From an uncultured Syntrophaceae bacterium (lineage in GTDB: Bacteria > Desulfobacterota > Syntrophia > Syntrophales > UBA2210), in assembly GCA_964610735.1 (NCBI GenBank), contig CAZSYH010000002.1, positions 12,933 to 76,932 of the forward strand: a DNA stretch of 64,000 nt. The letters run 5' to 3'. Made by a program: the position numbers and the translations under genes. The notes under the pieces were generated by a model. That model made no database searches. It had not been told where the DNA came from and was given only the letters and a program-made list of their open reading frames with translations. Shown here one piece after another: positions 51,620 through 62,865 of this stretch; the first letter of the stretch is position 1, and each line of letters starts with the position of its first letter.

Positions 51620-51923
51620 TTCGAAAATAGCCTCCTTACTAAGCAGCTGTTTGTTTTAGCTTTGTCATTGCTTTTCAGCCGGATATTCGCATGGTAAATT
51701 TGAAAAATCGAGGACCATCAGCAAACAGCGTCAACTATGGCCTTAAAAAAAGGTCTTTTCTTCCACGTGCATAGCCTGGTTGAATAATTCAAGTTGTCAT
51801 GAACTCACACCGGAACATCTACAATGCCGGCACTCTCTTCCCGCACAACATACGGTTCTATCTTTCTAACCTCCCTTGAGATATCTCTCTGGAAAGGTGT
51901 CAGAAAAAAATAAGAAAGACATC

Positions 51924-52127
51924 CTATTTCAGCTCAATCGCAAGATCGGGGCAGCGTAGTTCGCACATTCCACAGCTATTACACTTTTCCGGATATTCGA
52001 GCATGGCCTTTTCCATGCCATCCATTGACAAAGCATCCTGTGGACAAAACTCAACACAGATTCCACATCCCTTGCACCAGTCTCTTGTAATAACCGGTAA
52101 TTTTCTATCTTTCGTTTCCTTGTCCAT
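51924..52127 (-). CDS. 2-oxoacid:ferredoxin oxidoreductase delta subunit (2x[4Fe-4S] ferredoxin)
   Basis: Two cluster motifs, CKGCGICVEFCP and CNSCGMCELRCP; 67 aa. Confidence 0.85.
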   Translation of the reverse strand: MDKETKDRKLPVITRDWCKGCGICVEFCPQDALSMDGMEKAMLEYPEKCNSCGMCELRCPDLAIELK

Positions 52128-52366
52128 GACACGCCTTCTATTACATCAAAAATGTCTTGCCAACCAATTTTTTGTTTATTTCATGATTTTTTGATGCTGT
52201 TATCGTACCACACATTGTGTGAGGTCAGGCAAAAACCCTATTCTCCATTACAAAAATTTACTTTGTGTGTCAAATCCTTTGTGGTAAGTAATACAATGGC
52301 AAAGCGAATGTTTGTTGTATTAAGAGGTCTGACCCATGAAGCAGCTTTATTTTGAGGAGATTTTAT

Positions 52367-52771
52367 ATGAAGATTTTGTGTGTGGATCATGTCGGTATTG
52401 CGGCCAATAGTATAGACAGGAGTCTAAATTTCTATACGCAGATGTTGGGGCTGGAATTGGTTGGAGTCGAAGAAGTGACAGCGCAGAAGGTACGGACTGC
52501 TTTCCTGCCGGTCGGAGAATCCGAGCTTGAAATACTGGAATCAACCGCTCCGGATGGACCCATTGCCAAGTATATCTCTAAAAATGGTGAAGGGATACAA
52601 CACATAGCACTGAGAGTTGATGACATTGAATCCGCGCTTGAGGAACTGAAAAACAAAGGGGTAAGACTGATTGATGAAACGCCTCGCCGCGGCGCGGGTG
52701 GCACAAAGATTGCTTTTATACACCCCCGGGCTACCGGGGGAGTACTCCTGGAATTGTGCCAGAGAGACTGA
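52367..52771 (+). CDS. mce: Methylmalonyl-CoA epimerase (VOC/glyoxalase fold)
   Basis: VDHVGIA, LEILE, GEGIQHIALRVDDI, AFIHPRATGGVLLEL pattern. ATG 52367 follows GAGGAG. Confidence 0.85.
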   Translation: MKILCVDHVGIAANSIDRSLNFYTQMLGLELVGVEEVTAQKVRTAFLPVGESELEILESTAPDGPIAKYISKNGEGIQHIALRVDDIESALEELKNKGVRLIDETPRRGAGGTKIAFIHPRATGGVLLELCQRD

Positions 52772-52992
52772 GTCATCTGGCTTTTTAAGAGAATGCTGGA
52801 ATCATATTACCGGAAAAGAGTTTCGCCAAGGCATTTATCGAAAAGAGAAAATCTGTGTCTAAAGGAGAAGATTATTCGATTCCTTCAACCATCGAAGATG
52901 CGTTGGTGCTTGACGGGATTACCAAAGTAGCGGGAAAGATGATTTACGGGGAGAGAAGATTCACTATCAATGATTATTAGAGATGTTTTCCC

Positions 52993-53922
52993 ATGAGCAT
53001 TGCACCGTTTACAATACATCAACCCATGAAGAAGCTTTATCTGGTTGATCTGGATCAACCCGCGGAGGGATTTCGGAATTTTATCAGCAGCTGGATATTT
53101 ATCAGCGGCAATTGTACTGTCGTTGTGGATCCCGGCCCTCAATCTTCCATTCCCATTCTTCTGGACGCCCTTACAAGGTGTGGGGTCCAGAAAATAGACT
53201 ACATACTCCTGACTCATATCCACATTGATCACGCAGGCGGCGCCGGGCTTTTGCTGAAGCATTACCCGGACGCACAAGTTATCTGCCATCCTGATGGAAT
53301 TCGTTATATGATCAATCCTGCCAGGCTGTGGGAAGGATCCAAAAAGGTGTTGGGTAAACTTGCGGAAATGTATGGAGAAATTGCACCCATTTCTGAAAAG
53401 AATATCGAATACAGGGACCATATCGAGGCTGGAGAAATTGTCATAGATGCGCTCAAAACACCCGGGCATGCACATCACCACCTCTGCTATCGTGCCGGGG
53501 ATATTCTCTTTGCCGGGGAGGCGATAGGCGTAAACTATCCATTAAAAGATGGCCTTTATCTCAGAATAGCTACACCCCCCGTATTCAAATACGAGGTTTA
53601 CAGGGATTCCTTGAAGAAGCTTGTTTCTCTTGGTGTCTCTCATATATGTTTTGCCCATTACGGATGCAGATACGATGCAGAAAACGTATTTAATACGGCC
53701 TTAAAGCAAGCAGATAACTGGCTTGCCACAGTAACAAAATATTATTGCCCGGCCAATGAACTGTCCGATGAAGACATCTTTGGCGAACTGCTGAAAAATG
53801 ATAGAGGAATAGCTTATTACCATTCCCTTCCCAAAGATGTGCAAAACCGGGAAAGATATTTTGCCCTTAACAGTATCAGGGGCATTAAAGATTATCTGAG
53901 GAGGAAAAGGGATAAGAAATAG
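52993..53922 (+). CDS. MBL-fold metallo-hydrolase
   Basis: LTHIHIDHAGG (HxHxDH) and TPGHAHHH motifs; 309 aa. Confidence 0.8.
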   Translation: MSIAPFTIHQPMKKLYLVDLDQPAEGFRNFISSWIFISGNCTVVVDPGPQSSIPILLDALTRCGVQKIDYILLTHIHIDHAGGAGLLLKHYPDAQVICHPDGIRYMINPARLWEGSKKVLGKLAEMYGEIAPISEKNIEYRDHIEAGEIVIDALKTPGHAHHHLCYRAGDILFAGEAIGVNYPLKDGLYLRIATPPVFKYEVYRDSLKKLVSLGVSHICFAHYGCRYDAENVFNTALKQADNWLATVTKYYCPANELSDEDIFGELLKNDRGIAYYHSLPKDVQNRERYFALNSIRGIKDYLRRKRDKK

Positions 53923-53977
53923 CATTGGGCAAATCTATACGCTATAATCGGGCGCATTTATCAGGAGGGATAGTGTC

Positions 53978-56107
53978 ATGTCAGAACATCCGGATACAAA
54001 AAAATGGAGAGAACTTGCGGAAAAGAGTTTAAAAGGTAAATCGCTTGAATCCCTGAACTGGATCACCCCGGAGGGAATCCGGATAAAACCCTTGTACACA
54101 GCCGAAGATCTTGAAGGCCTGGAGTTTGTCAACACTCTTCCGGGACTTGCCCCCTATATCAGGGGGCCTCATGCTACCATGTATGTCCAGAGACCGTGGA
54201 CAATCCGCCAGTATGCCGGTTTTTCCACGGCAAAAGAATCGAATAAATTTTACAGAAGCAACCTTGCCGCCGGACAAAGGGGCCTTTCGGTGGCCTTTGA
54301 TCTTGCGACTCACAGGGGCTATGACTCTGATCACCCCAGGGTGGTTGGCGATATCGGAAAGGCTGGCGTCGCGATAGATTCCGTGGAGGACATGAAGGTT
54401 CTTTTCGATCAGATTCCTCTGGACAAGATGTCTGTTTCCATGACCATGAACGGAGCTGTTCTTCCCTGTCTCGCGGGGTATATCGTTGCCGCGGAAGAGC
54501 AGGGGGTTACTCAGGACAAACTTTCGGGGACCATACAGAACGACATCCTCAAAGAGTATCTCACGAGGAATACGTACATATACCCTCCGGGTCCTTCCAT
54601 GAGGATCGTCTCGGATATTATCGGGTACTGCTCGAAGAATATGCCCCGGTACAATACCGTCAGCATCAGCGGATACCACATCATGGAGGCCGGGGCGAGC
54701 TCTGTACTCCAGGCCGCTTTTACCCTGGCTGATGGGGTTCAGTACGTGCATGCCGCCCTTGACGCGGGACTTGACATAGACGCGTTTGCGCCGCGGCTCT
54801 CATTTTTTTTCGGGATCGGGATGAATTTTTTCATGGAAATTGCCATGTTGAGGGCCGCCCGTTTTCTCTGGCATGAGCTAATCAGCAAGTTCAACCCTCA
54901 AAACCCGAAGTCCGCCATACTCAGAACCCACTGTCAGACATCCGGCTGGAGTCTGACGGAGCAGGACCCATATAATAATATCATACGAGTCACCATTGAA
55001 TGTATGGCCGCGGTTCTGGGCGGGACCCAGTCTCTCCATACCAATTCATTCGATGAGGCTGTGGCCACACCTTCGAATTTTTCCGCCAGGCTCGCGAGAA
55101 ACACCCAGATCATTGTTCAGGAAGAATCCCAAATCTGTCACGTTATTGATCCGATGGGCGGTTCCTATTATGTCGAGGTTCTGACCGATGGGATTATCCG
55201 GGAGGCAAGGAAAATTATTAATGAGGTCGAAGATCTGGGCGGCATGGCAAAGGCCATCGAAACCGGAATGCCGAAGATGCGAATAGAGGAATCGGCCGCT
55301 AGAAAGCAGGCCCGAATAGACCAGGGGCTGGATGTGATTTTGGGTGTGAACAAGTATCAGATAGAGGAAGAGCCCCTTGGTGATATTCGTGAAGTATCGG
55401 AGGCTGTTCGGGATGAGCAGGTTGCGAGATTAAAAGAGCTTAAGGCAAAACGAAACCCCGCCGCTGTGCGTAAGTCCCTGGAGGCCTTAACGAACTGTGC
55501 TGAATCGGGGGGGAATCTTCTGGAAGTGGCAATATCCGCCACACGGGCCAGGGCAACGGTTGGAGAAATTTCAAATGCCATAGAGAAAGTCTTTGGACGA
55601 TATACAGCGACAACCCGGTGTATATCCGGAGCCTATGCCTCTGAATACACGGACAGTGAAATATTCGCCGCTGTAAAAAAAAGAACAAGTGATTTTATGG
55701 AGAGGGAAGGCAGACGGCCACGGATGCTTGTTGTCAAGATGGGCCAGGATGGTCATGACCGCGGGAGCAAAGTGATCGCTACGGCCTACGCGGATCTTGG
55801 GTTTGACGTGGATATCGGTCCCATGTTCCAGACTCCCGATGAGGCGGCCAGGATGGCTGTAGAAAACGATGTTCATGTCGTCGGTGTCTCAAGTCTGGCT
55901 GCCGGTCACAAGACCCTTATCCCCCAGCTTTTAGAAAGCCTCAAGGAAGAGGGCGGGAAAGATATCAAGGTAGTTGCCGGCGGGGTAATTCCCCATAGCG
56001 ATTATGATTTCCTCTATGATGCCGGAGTGGCAGCGGTATTTGGTCCTGGGACACCCATTCTTGATTCCGCAAACCGGACTCTCGACATCCTGGAGCAGAA
56101 AACATGA
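53978..56107 (+). CDS. Methylmalonyl-CoA mutase, large subunit with C-terminal B12-binding domain
   Basis: [39 protein letters not shown], and C-terminal [12 protein letters not shown] (DxHxxG B12 motif); 709 aa. Confidence 0.93.
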   Translation: MSEHPDTKKWRELAEKSLKGKSLESLNWITPEGIRIKPLYTAEDLEGLEFVNTLPGLAPYIRGPHATMYVQRPWTIRQYAGFSTAKESNKFYRSNLAAGQRGLSVAFDLATHRGYDSDHPRVVGDIGKAGVAIDSVEDMKVLFDQIPLDKMSVSMTMNGAVLPCLAGYIVAAEEQGVTQDKLSGTIQNDILKEYLTRNTYIYPPGPSMRIVSDIIGYCSKNMPRYNTVSISGYHIMEAGASSVLQAAFTLADGVQYVHAALDAGLDIDAFAPRLSFFFGIGMNFFMEIAMLRAARFLWHELISKFNPQNPKSAILRTHCQTSGWSLTEQDPYNNIIRVTIECMAAVLGGTQSLHTNSFDEAVATPSNFSARLARNTQIIVQEESQICHVIDPMGGSYYVEVLTDGIIREARKIINEVEDLGGMAKAIETGMPKMRIEESAARKQARIDQGLDVILGVNKYQIEEEPLGDIREVSEAVRDEQVARLKELKAKRNPAAVRKSLEALTNCAESGGNLLEVAISATRARATVGEISNAIEKVFGRYTATTRCISGAYASEYTDSEIFAAVKKRTSDFMEREGRRPRMLVVKMGQDGHDRGSKVIATAYADLGFDVDIGPMFQTPDEAARMAVENDVHVVGVSSLAAGHKTLIPQLLESLKEEGGKDIKVVAGGVIPHSDYDFLYDAGVAAVFGPGTPILDSANRTLDILEQKT

Positions 56108-57087
56108 TATCAAGTGATATTCAGCCTTATATAGAAGGTGTGCTGAAGCATGACAGGCGTATGATCTCCAAGACCATCACACTGATTGAAAGCACGCTCC
56201 CTGCCCACAAAAAGATGGCGCGGCTTGTTATCGATCAACTGCTCCCTCACACGGGAAAGGCGATACGACTCGGGATAACGGGGGTGCCGGGTGCGGGGAA
56301 GAGCACCTTCATAGAGGCACTCGGCATGCTGCTGGTGAAAAAGGGGTACAGCGTGGCTGTCCTTGCTGTTGATCCGAGCAGCATAAGGAGCGGGGGAAGT
56401 ATTCTGGCGGATAAGACCCGCATGGAAAAACTCTCTGTTGAGGAGAAGGCATTTATTCGGCCTTCTCCCTCGGGAGACACCCTTGGGGGCGTTGCAAGCA
56501 AGACCAGGGAAACCATGCTTGTGTGCGAGGCTGCCGGCTTTGATGTGGTGATTGTCGAAACTTTGGGCTCCGGTCAATCCGAGGTGGCGGTGGCTTCCAT
56601 GGTTGATTTCTTCCTGATGCTGATGATATCCGGAGCAGGAGATGAACTTCAGGGAATGAAAAAGGGCGTCTTGGAACTGGTTGACGCCATTGCCGTCAAC
56701 AAGGCGGACGGCGATAATATTCAAAGGGCGGATTTTGCAAAAAAGCAGAGCGAGACAGCACTTCATTTTTCAACCCCCTCTTCCCCCAACTGGTTTCCGC
56801 CTGCGCTTACATGCAGCGCCTTGAATTTAACCGGCATACATGAGATATGGGATACCGTCCTGGAACATAGAGAAAAGATGTCATCTACCGGAGAGCTGGA
56901 GATGAAGAGGGCAGAACAGGGCCTCGACTGGATGTGGCTCCTGGTAAAAGAAGGCCTTGTCGAGTGGTTTTATAAAAGTCCCTATGTCAAAGAGATAATG
57001 CAGAAGCTTGAGAAAGAAGTGGAAGAGGGAACGACCACGCCGACCGCCGCTGCGGACAAACTGCTGTTTTTCCTGGCGGATAAGTAA
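56104..57087 (+). CDS. meaB: Methylmalonyl-CoA mutase-associated GTPase MeaB/ArgK
   Basis: [13 protein letters not shown]-loop, [21 protein letters not shown] motifs. Start overlaps the mutase stop (ATGA). Confidence 0.9.
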   Translation: MISSDIQPYIEGVLKHDRRMISKTITLIESTLPAHKKMARLVIDQLLPHTGKAIRLGITGVPGAGKSTFIEALGMLLVKKGYSVAVLAVDPSSIRSGGSILADKTRMEKLSVEEKAFIRPSPSGDTLGGVASKTRETMLVCEAAGFDVVIVETLGSGQSEVAVASMVDFFLMLMISGAGDELQGMKKGVLELVDAIAVNKADGDNIQRADFAKKQSETALHFSTPSSPNWFPPALTCSALNLTGIHEIWDTVLEHREKMSSTGELEMKRAEQGLDWMWLLVKEGLVEWFYKSPYVKEIMQKLEKEVEEGTTTPTAAADKLLFFLADK

Positions 57088-57170
57088 CGATTTTCTGGGA
57101 AGTCGGATTTCCTTGACTTTTTATAAAGCCATCAAATTTGAGTTTCACTAATAAAAAACTGGAGGAATAA

Positions 57171-60101
57171 ATGACAAAAGTTTCTTATGGTTTTGAGCTT
57201 TTGCAGGAACAGTATATCGTTGAACTGAAGACAAGCGCACGATTTTACAGGCATGTTCAAACGGGTGCCGAACTGTTGTCCATGATAAATGATGACGAGA
57301 ATAAGGTTTTTGGAATCACCTTTCGAACGCCGCCTCGCGATTCGACAGGTGTGGCCCACATTCTGGAACATTCCGTTCTCTGTGGTTCCCGCAGGTATCC
57401 TGTAAAGGAGCCATTTGTAGAAATATTAAAGGGATCTCTGCAGACTTTTCTGAATGCGTTCACCTATCCGGACAGGACCTGCTATCCTGTGGCAAGTCAG
57501 AATGCCCAGGATTTTTATAATTTGGTAGATGTCTATCTCGACGCGGTTTTCTACCCGCGCATTACGCCGGAGATCTTTCAGCAGGAGGGATGGCACTACG
57601 AGATGGAGGCGCTGGATGGACCGCTTGCGCACAAGGGCGTGGTTTTTAATGAGATGAAAGGCGCCAACTCATCTCCGGACAGGCTTCTCGCCGAATATTC
57701 ACAACAGTCACTGTTTCCCGATACGACGTACGGGCTGGACTCCGGGGGAGACCCCGCGGTCATCCCCGAACTGAGCTATGAACAGTTCAGAGATTTTCAC
57801 AAAAGATATTATCATCCCTCAAATGCACGCATTTTCTTTGCCGGTGATGACGACCCGGAAGAGAGGTTGCGGATCGTAAATGATTATCTGAAAGACTTTC
57901 AAAAGACGGAAGTGGATTCAGCGATATTCCTCCAGCCACGATTTGACAGTCCCAGGCGGATCGCGCGTTCCTTTGCCGCTGGCGAGGATTCATCCAAGGG
58001 CATGGTGACGGTAAACTGGATGCTGGGTGAAACAAAAGATGGCGTCACAAATATGGCGCTCAATATCCTGGGATATATCCTTCTCGGCACTCCCGGTTCG
58101 CCTCTGCGCAAGGCGCTTATTGAATCTGGCCTGGGAGAAGATGTTACGGGCGGCGGCCTGGAGGACGAATTGCGGCAGCTGTTTTTCTCCGTGGGACTGA
58201 AGGGAATTGACGCGGGGAAGGCGGATGCCGTTGAGTCACTGATACTGGAAACTCTGGAAAATCTGGCGGGAGATGGCATTGAACCCGACGCAGTGGAGGC
58301 AGCCCTTAATACCATAGAATTCAGCCTGCGTGAAAACAACACCGGCAGTTACCCCCGCGGACTGGTGCTGATGCTGAGGGCGATGACAACCTGGTTGTAT
58401 GATGGCGATCCTTTCGCGTTACTCACCTTTGAATCTCTTCTATCGGAGGTCCGGTCTCGTATCGCTTCGGGGGAGGCATTCTTTGAAGATATGATAAGGG
58501 AATTGTTCCTGGAGAATCCGCACCGCACAACTGTCATTATGGAACCGGACACTAACCTGAAGGATGAGATGGATGCGGCGGAAAGACGGAAACTCGATGA
58601 CGTTCGCAAGTCTGCCGGCCCCGGGGAATTAAAGAATATCTTTGAAAACGCCGAACGGCTCAAAAAAATCCAGGAAGCTCCGGATTCCCTTGAAGCCCTT
58701 GCAACCATACCCATCCTGAAGATTGCCGATCTGGAGAAGAAAAACAAGACGATACCGATCGCCATTCTGGAGGAAAAGGGTGCCACGGTTTTGTACCATG
58801 ACATATCCACAAACGATATCGCGTACATTGAAATAGGCATGGATCTGCGTCTACTCCCCCGGAGATATGTCCAGTATATCCCCCTGTTCAGCAGGGCACT
58901 TCTTGAAATGGGTACAAAAAGGGAAGATTACGTTGAGATTTCTCGTAGAATTGACCGGAAGACAGGGGGAGTTCATCCGTCCCTGCTTGTGTCGTCGGTC
59001 AAAGATACGAGGGAGGCCGAGGCCAGGCTTTTTATCTGCGGAAAGGCAATGCTTCCGCAGGTGGGGGAAGTTTTCGATATTATCAGGGATCTTCTTATGG
59101 ATGTCAGACTGGACAACAGAGAGCGTTTCAAACAAATGCTACTGGAGGAAAAGGCCCGGCAGGAACAGCAACTGGTGCCCGGCGGACATCAGGCAGTCAA
59201 CCTGCGTCTGAGAGCACACTTCAGCGAAGCCGGCTGGCTGTCGGAACAGTTAAACGGGGTGAGCTATCTTTTCTTTCTGCGTGAGCTTGCCGGCCGAATA
59301 GACCAGGACTGGCCTTCCGTCTATGCTATCCTTGAGGAGATGCGGAGGGCCCTTGTCAACCGCGAGACTATGCTCTTTAATGTTACCGTTGATGAGACAG
59401 GATGGGAAAAGATAAGGCCTCATCTTGCCAACTTTGCAGGTCAAATACCGGCAGGGCCGACTGGCGCGAAGACTGACATCGCCGGAGATCTTTTGACTGA
59501 CATGAATATTCCTGAGTATGAGGGACTTATCATTCCCTCTCAGATCAACTATGTGGGGAAGGGGGCGGATCTTTACCGGGCAGGATACAGATATCATGGT
59601 TCTGCCAGGGTTATTACCCGCTATCTCAGGACTTCCTGGCTGTGGGACAGCGTACGGGTCCGGGGGGGCGCCTACGGAGCGTTCTGTAATTTTGATAAAT
59701 TTTCGGGTGTATTGACTTTCCTGTCGTACCGTGATCCGAATCTTCTGAAAACCATCGAGGCGTTCGACAAAACAGCCGGATTCCTGCGTAAGTATGATCT
59801 TGGCGGCGACGAACTGACAAAGGGGATTATCGGCGCCATAGGAGAGATGGATGCATATATGTTTCCCGACGCCAGGGGATATGCCTCAATGATTCGGTAC
59901 CTGACCGGCAACACCGAAGAGGATATCCAGCGGACGCGGGATGAAATTTTTTCCACAACAGCGGAAGACTTCAAAAAATTCGCGGATGTAATGGATAGGG
60001 TGGCAAAGAACGGGCTGGTGAAGGTCCTCGGTTCGGAGAAGGCCATCAGAGAGGCCACAGCCGGCGGGCAGTTGTCTCTGGAAACGTTGAAGGTTCTTTG
60101 A
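57171..60101 (+). CDS. M16C-family zinc metalloprotease (PreP/insulinase-like)
   Basis: Inverted zinc motif HILEHSVLCGS followed by ..FLNAFTYPDRTCYP; 976 aa. Confidence 0.88.
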   Translation: MTKVSYGFELLQEQYIVELKTSARFYRHVQTGAELLSMINDDENKVFGITFRTPPRDSTGVAHILEHSVLCGSRRYPVKEPFVEILKGSLQTFLNAFTYPDRTCYPVASQNAQDFYNLVDVYLDAVFYPRITPEIFQQEGWHYEMEALDGPLAHKGVVFNEMKGANSSPDRLLAEYSQQSLFPDTTYGLDSGGDPAVIPELSYEQFRDFHKRYYHPSNARIFFAGDDDPEERLRIVNDYLKDFQKTEVDSAIFLQPRFDSPRRIARSFAAGEDSSKGMVTVNWMLGETKDGVTNMALNILGYILLGTPGSPLRKALIESGLGEDVTGGGLEDELRQLFFSVGLKGIDAGKADAVESLILETLENLAGDGIEPDAVEAALNTIEFSLRENNTGSYPRGLVLMLRAMTTWLYDGDPFALLTFESLLSEVRSRIASGEAFFEDMIRELFLENPHRTTVIMEPDTNLKDEMDAAERRKLDDVRKSAGPGELKNIFENAERLKKIQEAPDSLEALATIPILKIADLEKKNKTIPIAILEEKGATVLYHDISTNDIAYIEIGMDLRLLPRRYVQYIPLFSRALLEMGTKREDYVEISRRIDRKTGGVHPSLLVSSVKDTREAEARLFICGKAMLPQVGEVFDIIRDLLMDVRLDNRERFKQMLLEEKARQEQQLVPGGHQAVNLRLRAHFSEAGWLSEQLNGVSYLFFLRELAGRIDQDWPSVYAILEEMRRALVNRETMLFNVTVDETGWEKIRPHLANFAGQIPAGPTGAKTDIAGDLLTDMNIPEYEGLIIPSQINYVGKGADLYRAGYRYHGSARVITRYLRTSWLWDSVRVRGGAYGAFCNFDKFSGVLTFLSYRDPNLLKTIEAFDKTAGFLRKYDLGGDELTKGIIGAIGEMDAYMFPDARGYASMIRYLTGNTEEDIQRTRDEIFSTTAEDFKKFADVMDRVAKNGLVKVLGSEKAIREATAGGQLSLETLKVL

Positions 60102-60136
60102 TATATGGATGTGGCTGTTCGCAGAGGAGAATAAAT

Positions 60137-61036
60137 ATGGGTGAAAATCCGAAAAGAAAAAAGGCAGAGGTTGTCAAGAGGTTTCTTCCTACCAGAAGCT
60201 TGTTGATGAATCTCGGGTTGATAACAGTGGGCAGTATCATTGCGGCCTTTGGAGTTAACGCGATAGTGGCTCCCCAGCAATTTCTGTCCGGCGGAGCCCT
60301 GGGGATCGCCTTGATCTTCCACTATCTTTTCCCCCAGCTCGACGTAGGCTTTCTCAATCTCCTCGCCAACATACCCTTTGCTATTCTCGGCTGGTTCAGC
60401 GTGAGCCGGAGATTTATGTACTATTCGGTCTTCGGAATTGCCGTCTTTTCTTTTGCCGTCAGTGTAATTCCCCATACGGAACTACTTCACATAGACAACA
60501 AGATGCTGGCAGCTATACTGGGAGGAATAATCTACGGGATGGGTGGAGGGATTATCCTGCGCTCGGCCGGTTCGGGCGGTGGACTGGATATCCTTGCGGT
60601 CTATCTCAACAAGAAATGGGAAATTCGCATTGGGTGGACCTATTCTCTGTTTAACAGCGTGCTGCTTATAGGGGGAGCAATAATATTTTCCCTGGAGACG
60701 GCGCTGTACACGCTGGTTTTTATCTTTACCACAGGGAAGGTTGTCGATGCGGTGATAACCGGCTTCAACCAGCGCAAGCAGATCCTGATCGTTTCGGACC
60801 AACCCGATCTGCTGGCTCAGGAGATATTGAAACGCCTCAACAGGGGGGTAACCTTTCTGTCCGGAGAGGGAGCATATACCCATAACCCCAAGCGCATAAT
60901 CTTCAGTATAGTTTCCCTGACGGAACTTGCACGCATGAAGGACCTGATATTCGAGATTGACCCGCACGCGTTTGTGGTAATCAACGATACCCTGGAAGTC
61001 CTGGGTTATCGACACGCGAGCAGGCGCGTTTATTGA
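60137..61036 (+). CDS. YitT-family membrane protein (DUF2179 C-terminal domain)
   Basis: Five or six TM helices, then the C-terminal RGVTFLSGEGAYT...SIVSLTELARMKDLIFEIDPHAFVVIND. ATG 60137 lies 6 nt after AGGAGA; the ORF-track TTG at 60098 overlaps the upstream stop. Confidence 0.8.
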   Translation: MGENPKRKKAEVVKRFLPTRSLLMNLGLITVGSIIAAFGVNAIVAPQQFLSGGALGIALIFHYLFPQLDVGFLNLLANIPFAILGWFSVSRRFMYYSVFGIAVFSFAVSVIPHTELLHIDNKMLAAILGGIIYGMGGGIILRSAGSGGGLDILAVYLNKKWEIRIGWTYSLFNSVLLIGGAIIFSLETALYTLVFIFTTGKVVDAVITGFNQRKQILIVSDQPDLLAQEILKRLNRGVTFLSGEGAYTHNPKRIIFSIVSLTELARMKDLIFEIDPHAFVVINDTLEVLGYRHASRRVY

Positions 61037-61257
61037 GGATGAACTTTATGTTACAGAAAACCCATCTGGATTTCCCCATACAGCAGGGAGCAGAATCATT
61101 TGCCTTCACAACTATCTTTTTCGCCTTGCTGAGAATCTCGCTTGTCATGGGATTGCCAGACCGAAATTGAAACACCCGCAGGCGCTGACTTCTCAAGAGG
61201 AAGTTCAAAAGATGTGATTCGCTGGCAAACAAGCCAGCTACGGCCGCTCGTAAAGAA

Positions 61258-62457
61258 GTGCTATTGGATAAATACATCAATAAAATGAACTGGAAAATTT
61301 TCGTCACGTTATTTCTGGCAATGTTCGCCTCGACGCTGGGCCAGGGAATCGTTGTGCCACTGTTGCCTGTGTATGCTCATCAGCTTGGAGCCACAAGCTT
61401 CATCATAGGCATTATGTTTGGCGCCTTTTCGATTTCCAGAACACTATTTTTGCCCTATTTCGGTTCCGTATCCGATCGGACAGGCAGGAAACCATACATT
61501 ACGGTTGGACTTCTAGTCTATTTTCTGGCTTCAATTGCCTATATGTTTTCCCATGATGTGAACTCGCTGATCTGTATACGCTTTTTTCAGGGTATAGCTG
61601 CTGCCATGATTCTGCCGGTGGCTCAGGCCTATATAGGCGAAATTACGCCCAGAGGGCAGGAAGGGTTTATGATGGGTCTGCTCAATCTTTCGCTGTACGG
61701 CGGCCTGAGTGCCGGACCTTTACTGGGCGGTATAGCAAAGGATGCACTGGGTATGCGATCAGCCTTTGTCAGCATGGGAGTTCTCTGCATTCTCGGATTT
61801 CTCCTGTGTCTGGTGTTCCTTCCGCCAAGAAAAGACGAATCCCTTGTCTCTCGGGGCAGACCGCCCCAGCGCGTCATGCTGCTCCTGCGCAACCGGCACC
61901 TTTTGGGTCTGTTCCTGTTCCGCTTTGCCACCACCATGTATATCGGTGCTTTCTGGTCATTTGCGCCGCTGCTGGCAGACACTAAATTCAATCTCTCAGG
62001 GCTTGATATCGGAACCTTGATCATGTTCAGTGTATTTATATCCGCTATTCTTACAATCCCCATGGGATACCTGGCAGACAGGATCAACAAACGTTTTCTG
62101 GTTACACTTGGAGGGCTCATCACCTTTGTTTCCATGCTGTTCTTTGCGTATTCTCAGAAATCCTGGGGCCTGTACGCCGCCAGCATCCTTGCCGGCATCG
62201 GCGGCGGTATCTCTGTTCCGGCAATGATGGCGATGGGAGTGTTTATCGGTCGTACAAACGGACACATGGGCTCGGTCATCTCTTTGATAACCGTGGGTCA
62301 CAGCCTGGGCATGATGGCCGGACCGATCCTGGCCGGCATCCTGATAGACCTGGTCAACATGCAAAATACGTTTCTGAGCATGGCGATCTTCATGGCAGCA
62401 ATTGCGTTGCTGTTTATACCGATGACAGCACGATTTGAATCTCTGGAAGATACCTGA
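61258..62457 (+). CDS. MFS transporter
   Basis: Twelve hydrophobic segments and the MFS loop motif GSVSDRTGRKP. Alternative ATG start at 61285 (MNWKIF...). Confidence 0.85.
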   Translation: MLLDKYINKMNWKIFVTLFLAMFASTLGQGIVVPLLPVYAHQLGATSFIIGIMFGAFSISRTLFLPYFGSVSDRTGRKPYITVGLLVYFLASIAYMFSHDVNSLICIRFFQGIAAAMILPVAQAYIGEITPRGQEGFMMGLLNLSLYGGLSAGPLLGGIAKDALGMRSAFVSMGVLCILGFLLCLVFLPPRKDESLVSRGRPPQRVMLLLRNRHLLGLFLFRFATTMYIGAFWSFAPLLADTKFNLSGLDIGTLIMFSVFISAILTIPMGYLADRINKRFLVTLGGLITFVSMLFFAYSQKSWGLYAASILAGIGGGISVPAMMAMGVFIGRTNGHMGSVISLITVGHSLGMMAGPILAGILIDLVNMQNTFLSMAIFMAAIALLFIPMTARFESLEDT

Positions 62458-62478
62458 TCCTTTTTCCCGGGAATTCAA

Positions 62479-62856
62479 TCAAATCTTTTCGGCGGCAGCG
62501 TTCCGGCCGGAAATGCGCCCAAAAACAAGGCATTCTGTAATGGCGCAACTGCCGAGACGACAGGCGCCATGAACCCCACCCGTGACCTCTCCGGCCGCGT
62601 ATAACCCCTTTACAGGATGCTGATTCAGGTCGATGACCTGCCCCCTGACATTGATCTGAATCCCGCCCATAGTATAGTGTACCTTGGGCCATAATCTGAT
62701 TCCATAATAAAGGGGACAATCCAGCGCAGCCGCATCCGGCAGAATCAGTTTGCCGAATTCCGCATCAAGCCCCTTTTCGACATAATCATTGTATTTTTCC
62801 ACGGTAGCTTTCAGATCGTCGCAGGGCAGCCCGTAGAATGACGCGAGTTCCTGCAA
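62479..62856 (-). CDS. C-terminal part of the same FAD-dependent reductase
   Basis: Same frame as 62866..63933. Contains HYTMGGI and the terminal AAGEVTGGVHGACRLGSCAITECLVFGR motif of this flavoprotein family. Confidence 0.75.
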   Translation of the reverse strand: MQELASFYGLPCDDLKATVEKYNDYVEKGLDAEFGKLILPDAAALDCPLYYGIRLWPKVHYTMGGIQINVRGQVIDLNQHPVKGLYAAGEVTGGVHGACRLGSCAITECLVFGRISGRNAAAEKI

Positions 62857-62865
62857 CTGATCGAA

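Noticed and set aside
61039-61170. 43-codon ORF (MNFMLQKTHLDFPIQQGAESFAFTTIFFALLRISLVMGLPDRN) between the YitT-family and MFS genes.
   Set aside because: It has no SD and no recognisable motif, and it is short enough to occur by chance. A hydrophobic stretch alone is not evidence.
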